From NCBI GenBank assembly GCA_937930175.1, contig CALGLP010000010.1, positions 49,347 through 113,346 on the forward strand: 64,000 bases of DNA, read 5' to 3'. Within the stretch, counting starts at the first letter, position 1. Each line of letters begins with the position of its first letter. The position numbers and the translations under genes were made by a program. The DNA comes from an uncultured bacterium. Its GTDB lineage: Bacteria; Omnitrophota; Gorgyraeia; Zapsychrales; Aceulaceae. Below the pieces are notes generated by a model, which saw only the letters and a list, made by a program, of their open reading frames with translations, was not told where the DNA came from and searched no databases. Shown here one piece after another: positions 59,901 through 64,000 of the stretch.

Positions 59901-62900
59901 AAAGCTCCTACCGGAAGACTAATCGTCCTTGAAAGCTTCTTGTCTGCGCGCAGGCAAATAGCCCCTGGCTGATCGCCTACATGGTTGTTGGACTCTGCAA
60001 AATCCCATATCACCTGCCCGCTTTGATCTTTTAAGACATGCATTGTTTGACCATTGTTAAAATCACTGTATAACGTTCCTTTACCTGGAATATATTCGAC
60101 CCTATTAGCAATCCCTGAGCTTACGCTAACCCTGATCAGAATAACAATCTTGCCAACGTCTGCATACTTTCCCTTGCCTCCGGTGGATTCATACGCTGTC
60201 TTGTCATTATTTAGCTTAAGAAAAATGGCATCTGCGGCATTCCAGGCATAAATTTCCTCAGGCCATTTATTTTCCGGCCAAAGATTTTTTCCGTTAACGT
60301 CCTTGAAGGGGCGAGAAACATCTTCTCCCTTAAACAGCCCTGACAGGTTATGATCCGCAAACATCCCATATTGGCTGACCAAATGCTCGACGACATCTTG
60401 GGGGGTTTGTAATGCAGGGCTGCTTTTCTGCCACACGTCACCGTTACGCATATATTCGGTGATCTGGATCTTTCCTGCTTCAAAAATAACTCCAAATGTA
60501 GCGATCTCGGGGTCGATAGGATCATCTGATTCGAGGTTTAAGGGTGCGGATCGTTGGTTTTCCTCCTTTTCAAAAGTTTCTATACCGATAACGGTAACGG
60601 GCCTGACAGCCTTGTTTAAAAGAGCCACTATCTCTTTGACAGAACTATCTGCGGGAATTTGATCCGGAAGTTTTCGACGGAGCTCTTGAGACTCAGCGGT
60701 TTCAAACGGTTTTACCCTCTGGGCGATCATCGCGCCGATCGCCTTCTTGATCTTTTGGGCCATGGCCGAATCTTCGCGGCCGCTCAAATCATGCGCCCAA
60801 ACCTCGAGGGTTGACTCGTTTTGAACGATTTCAATGCTTGCTTTTTGCCCTTCTTCGGAACTAAATTCTTCCCCTGGCATCAGCAGCAGTCTTTGTCCTT
60901 TCTGGAGCATCGAATTGCTAAATTGATCTTTGTCGGAAAATGAATACGATGGCGATTTTGCCAGCCTAAAGAACCCAAATTTCTCATCTCCTCCTGCAGC
61001 AGCAACAATGACTGAAATAAGCTGATCGACATTGAGCGTCCCAGCGGTAACAGGCATTATGATGCCTGCTGAGGAGGCTATGGCGAGAAAATTTGTCGGT
61101 GATAGGATATGAGTTCCCTGTGTCGTGATATTCATATCGGAAAGAAAATCTTCCATCAGTTGCGGGAAGCCTGCCTTTTCCGAGATAATCTGGTAAGCCT
61201 GAATACTCTTAAATTGTCCTTTAGAGAACTCCAGGATAACCCTTTTTCTCTTGCCCTGATCAATGAAATCGATATAAACCCGTGAAATACTTTTCATGAA
61301 CGATTCGGGACTCTTTGAGTCAAACTGAAGCCTGAAACCCGTAGGATCGTTAAAATGAAGCTTCGGCTGTGTCAGGTCGTCTGTAAAAATATCAATACCC
61401 CTAATCTGACTTTTGCCTTGAGCGTAAAACATCGGCGCGCCTAAAAATGAGATCAAGTCATCCTTAAATTTCTGGGCGGTAAGAATCCCCGAGCTAACAA
61501 CCATTTTCTTTTCCAGAATATCAAGGACGCCATTGCCTGTGGTTGCTGGCGTTATCAACGTCGCTTCCTTTTTGGTAAAGGCAACAGCGTTCAAGTCCGA
61601 CTCCAAGGCCGCAAGGATCGCAGAGATTCCTGAGGCGTCGATTCCCTGCTCTGAAAATGTTTTAGCCAAATCAATATCCTTTTGATCTCGGGAAGTACGC
61701 TGGGCGATTTCTTTTCTTAAGATCTTTGCGCCCTCTGTGCGCACATAATCCCTTCGAATCTCCACGAACTCTCTTCGTGCTGCATGACGATCCCAAGCGG
61801 CTTTAAGTCCTGGGCCAACAGTTAATTTTGCAAATGCCTCATAACGAGAGCTAAGCGCATTGTTCTCGTCTTGAAGCTTCAGGGCTGTAAACAACATCAG
61901 GCGCGCAGTATTTAACTGAATAAATATATCGCTCATGCTTCGCTCATACCGCCTCTTGTGAGGATCCTTCCTCAAGCTGACCAATTCTTGAACAAAGGCA
62001 ATCTCCGCATCTTGAATCTTCGTATACATTTCTTTTAATACTGGATTCGCGCCCTCCTTTTCCAAGCTATCGCTAATATAGGCATCCATGGCCTTGGTAT
62101 ACGCATCGATATCCGCAAGCCTCGGGTTTCCTTTGGCAAAAATCTTGCCAAGCGTGCCAAAGATCGTGAGCTGCTGAATCTCTGAGGTCCCTTCATATAA
62201 TTCCGTAATCCGGTTATTGAGCCAGAGCTCCCCGGCCGGAAACGCCTTGGTGTATCCATAACCGCCGAGGATCTGAATAAATTTGGTCGCGGCCATGCTG
62301 GTCGATTCGCTGGCAAATAATTTTGCCTGGCTTGCAACTAAATTGAGGGTTGAAATCATGCTCTCCATCAGCGCAGAATCTTTCTGCACTTCAAGCGTCA
62401 GCTTGCTGTTATCTTTAATATAGGCTGCCTGATAAATCAAGAGCTCCATCGACGCAATCGCTAATTCCATCTCTTCGATATACGTTTGAAGAGGTTGCAA
62501 TTCATTGATGAGCGCATTAGAATTGGCGGGCCCGCCAGATTGTTTTCGCTCGGCCATATATTGCTTGGCCTCTTCATAGGCTCTCTTGGCGATCCCCAGG
62601 CTCAACGCCGCAATCGCAATGCGTCCGCCAGCCAACATGCCGCGGCCGATTTTCATCCCATCGCCGCGTTGCCCCAAAAGATTTTCCTTGTTCACGCGAA
62701 CATTATTAAAAAGGACCTCGCCCGTGGGGGATTCAATTTGCCCCCATTTTTCATTTAAGCTGCCGATCTCTAATCCCGGCGTATCTACGTCAACTAAAAA
62801 AGCGCTAAACTGTTTGCTACCGTCTGGATTTTCTCCGGTTACGGCAAAAACAATATACAAGCCCGCAAGACCAACCGAAGTAATAAAACACTTAGCGGTA

Positions 62901-64000
62901 TTATTCTTCAAGAGATAATAATCAGGCTCCTCGCCCTCCCTGGCCTCTCGATCACCATTCATCTTATCCTCAATCATTCCTTGAGCCAAAAGCGTCATGG
63001 CCGAAAGATCAGACCCTGCCCCTGGCTCGGTAAAGACCATAGCCGTGATCAATCCTTTTTCAGCGATCGCTCGTAAATATTCTTCTTGCTGCGCAGGCGT
63101 CCCGTATCCGGCAAGAGCGCCAATGCCCGAGAGAACAACAGCATAGGTTACGGCAAAACCCGGAGCATATTTGGATAATTCTGAAACAACGCGGATAGCG
63201 TTCAAAAAGCCCTTCCCCTCAAAATCCATACCGCCAAGATCCATGGCGACAGACAATCCCGAGAATCCCAAAGTCTCTGGATCGCTAAATTTTCTCCACG
63301 CTTCACGAAAAGACTTAGGGATAATCACGTTATTATCTTTCACAAAAGCAGCCTTAATGATGTCGACAAAAGCGTTCACAGTCGTGATGTCTTTGACATC
63401 GCTATCGCTCATATCAATATCAAAATACGTATTGATGTCCTTGAGCGCCAACGCAAGATTAAGGCCTTCGAGAGAATCATCTGAAACTTCGTCTGAAATC
63501 TTACCAACTGCCTTCACAACAGCATCGCGGATCTCTTGATCGCTAAAGGCCTTTCTTTTTCGATGACCTTCCTTGATCCATTGTCCAATGTTGTCCTCGG
63601 CTAAAATATTCTGCTTCACAAAATCCCGCGCTGATCCAACAATGTTTTTCGTGTCCTCATCCCCAAGGGCCAACGCCATGATGCTTTTAAATAATTGATC
63701 CGTGATCTCTTTTTGCGCAGGGGTCAAGGTGGATCTGATTTCCTTTGGGACGGAAACGTTCTGTGGCATCGCTTCAAGCACTTGAGCTGCATCAGACGCC
63801 ATTTTTGGATTCATTTCCGCATACCCAAGACCAGGAACATGATAACCAGTAACTTCGATATCATCACCAGCGCGCTCAAGAGTCACGCTATAACGATTCT
63901 CATCAATAAAGAAATTAACTGTCAGCGATTCACCATTCCCTAGGCTCTTTGAAGACCCAGCGTAATAAGACTTATCATTGACCTTTAAATAGGCCTTGCC
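56954..64000 (-). CDS. giant protein (>2348 aa, 5' end outside window) with embedded complete acyl-CoA dehydrogenase fold
   Basis: The ORF-track start is a GTG, and the reading frame stays open upstream to the window edge. The region around 62130-63330 encodes the ACAD N, middle (TEPGAGSD) and C (ELYEGTSEIQQ) domains. The rest has no motif I recognise. Confidence 0.8.
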   Translation of the reverse strand, partial: GKAYLKVNDKSYYAGSSKSLGNGESLTVNFFIDENRYSVTLERAGDDIEVTGYHVPGLGYAEMNPKMASDAAQVLEAMPQNVSVPKEIRSTLTPAQKEITDQLFKSIMALALGDEDTKNIVGSARDFVKQNILAEDNIGQWIKEGHRKRKAFSDQEIRDAVVKAVGKISDEVSDDSLEGLNLALALKDINTYFDIDMSDSDVKDITTVNAFVDIIKAAFVKDNNVIIPKSFREAWRKFSDPETLGFSGLSVAMDLGGMDFEGKGFLNAIRVVSELSKYAPGFAVTYAVVLSGIGALAGYGTPAQQEEYLRAIAEKGLITAMVFTEPGAGSDLSAMTLLAQGMIEDKMNGDREAREGEEPDYYLLKNNTAKCFITSVGLAGLYIVFAVTGENPDGSKQFSAFLVDVDTPGLEIGSLNEKWGQIESPTGEVLFNNVRVNKENLLGQRGDGMKIGRGMLAGGRIAIAALSLGIAKRAYEEAKQYMAERKQSGGPANSNALINELQPLQTYIEEMELAIASMELLIYQAAYIKDNSKLTLEVQKDSALMESMISTLNLVASQAKLFASESTSMAATKFIQILGGYGYTKAFPAGELWLNNRITELYEGTSEIQQLTIFGTLGKIFAKGNPRLADIDAYTKAMDAYISDSLEKEGANPVLKEMYTKIQDAEIAFVQELVSLRKDPHKRRYERSMSDIFIQLNTARLMLFTALKLQDENNALSSRYEAFAKLTVGPGLKAAWDRHAARREFVEIRRDYVRTEGAKILRKEIAQRTSRDQKDIDLAKTFSEQGIDASGISAILAALESDLNAVAFTKKEATLITPATTGNGVLDILEKKMVVSSGILTAQKFKDDLISFLGAPMFYAQGKSQIRGIDIFTDDLTQPKLHFNDPTGFRLQFDSKSPESFMKSISRVYIDFIDQGKRKRVILEFSKGQFKSIQAYQIISEKAGFPQLMEDFLSDMNITTQGTHILSPTNFLAIASSAGIIMPVTAGTLNVDQLISVIVAAAGGDEKFGFFRLAKSPSYSFSDKDQFSNSMLQKGQRLLLMPGEEFSSEEGQKASIEIVQNESTLEVWAHDLSGREDSAMAQKIKKAIGAMIAQRVKPFETAESQELRRKLPDQIPADSSVKEIVALLNKAVRPVTVIGIETFEKEENQRSAPLNLESDDPIDPEIATFGVIFEAGKIQITEYMRNGDVWQKSSPALQTPQDVVEHLVSQYGMFADHNLSGLFKGEDVSRPFKDVNGKNLWPENKWPEEIYAWNAADAIFLKLNNDKTAYESTGGKGKYADVGKIVILIRVSVSSGIANRVEYIPGKGTLYSDFNNGQTMHVLKDQSGQVIWDFAESNNHVGDQPGAICLRADKKLSRTISLPVGAFNALKFASWFGLLSGNKLSSFDIDGQVIFRGSLKFKEIQKKGLGGWQVLALSYEKGRLHPELRKVTIEQQAPANQGSQALIFRASKRIWNKTENRYDYFSDPETLALVVKVFEGKNPQEVVSSALFTDPQKVVTYLLKQYGVPPQRIFGEFATPYGRIIPFPDWKNEMLNEQNPVLIYAVKKNGDIVSFKYKATALGEEWAYQEKPLVKEINDRLGLIPATTTAVDARKRIIERLEAFPFPDLEEDVLEDGYFELSTDQGLTFIFETVDQEGDEASQSYFDGIDSGHLFWKLTAIDASPERIAPGKEQRQLLRKIYEFIYSHLGISEKEFSEYLIDPFEFWRVKKGQGGEAVSLEEFFQQGGVLGQEDLVLVRFASYFKENSTYATLQIGLRDSGFELLSAPAGVRGLLKLPAAGKDSLGQTEEEEQDVFDKADEGLGMDIVLRRSQDELVVNIKDSMDWDQFVSQLKAYLQAEEVEFTKPKELNKSIWIKFKGVKAQGYENEVAILFTNHGYFWHRIMAGTYEDYKWKYYEEPIDFIVSLIEGSVSSTISVKFPETIAIDAYKLADWIAQQMKIKHDDLSVSLNDNRILKDRSAPFDIGDVLEVGFTTDLGHQKIVLIRNEGFIDINAEFMSPYEFVYLSDVQAPGQVAKLFEKIVSGEATIDAAEEHVTEFGEQLRAAYLKKSQGDLTLSGANESLSGLVIAGYDLQNYVDGLIRYLEEERGYQLFDPDHPSVFVSDENDNLVTYAIGQIRTFGAENMIGKVKAVYLDLRGAKSRGEIQLLFNPEAPYLEVEVGHFEGANKNEVWSFVEAYIKDHPLEAIRTSSGINQKEKHVVGYRPDLNDDRAKNQILHPETPELPQGHRVALENPSWDFENGEPVDENYSNPGGIIMSSEGLDMQIRRDGNGIPLPMFEQPLELMNIKGFTFEINGVFMVPSLLQLSGLDKKVPTNKVKGADSPELIGRPTDPAEPAEAYAQVSFLN

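Noticed and set aside
1-64000. CRISPR arrays, rRNA genes, intact IS/transposase or integrase genes
   Set aside because: No regularly spaced identical direct repeats, no rRNA-like conserved stretches, and no ORF with DDE, serine or tyrosine recombinase motifs were found. Mobile-DNA signals are limited to the small intergenic repeat families.

Overview
The window is a bacterial chromosomal segment with a moderately low, uneven GC content. It is densely packed, and nearly all genes lie on the minus strand. The only plus-strand genes are the cinA-ligT pair and rpmB, apart from spurious antisense ORFs. Lineage is uncertain: a free-living, uncultivated-type bacterium, and the two giant ORFs are reminiscent of lineages known for giant genes such as Omnitrophota, but I cannot confirm this.

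Recognisable housekeeping content, from low to high coordinates:
- a partial ligA at the window start;
- a metallophosphoesterase, acyP and tRNA-Pro(CGG);
- one tightly coupled minus-strand operon, ribBA-ribH-nusB-PHP-ribD-ribE-fabF-fabG-fabZ;
- pgpA-pgsA-rimO-rodZ-ftsK-pnp-rpsO;
- gpmI, ychF, nifU-nifS-nadA;
- a c-di-GMP and two-component signalling cluster (GGDEF, HD-GYP, RR-HK-RR);
- a UvrD-type helicase fused to an Fe-S RecB/Cas4-like nuclease;
- rpmB, recJ, argS, rsfS, an M16 peptidase, trpA and trpB (the trpBA pair is split by a repeat tract), and an M20 peptidase.

The non-routine content is:
- Two giant ORFs. One is 2575 aa (10240..17967); it is secreted or membrane-anchored and carries HEAT-like repeats and an embedded pol-beta-type nucleotidyltransferase (NTase) motif. 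The other exceeds 2348 aa and runs off the window (56954..>64000); it has a complete acyl-CoA dehydrogenase fold embedded in it.
- A small two-gene NTase-fold module (9096..10101) directly beside giant gene 1.
- A modular family of intergenic repeat elements, with four copies in the same orientation, each immediately 5' of a minus-strand gene. The two long copies show a compensatory base-pair change in a 9-bp stem, which suggests a structured RNA.
- A second family of short cattgg/caatga-rich repeats filling several intergenic gaps between about 45.9 and 56.4 kb.
- A roughly 250-bp extremely AT-rich island at a convergent gene junction.
- A four-helix-bundle gene interrupted by an in-frame TGA at a conserved Trp position.

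No CRISPR array, rRNA or intact IS element was seen. Every functional assignment rests on my reading of conserved motifs in the translated ORFs; none was checked against a database.
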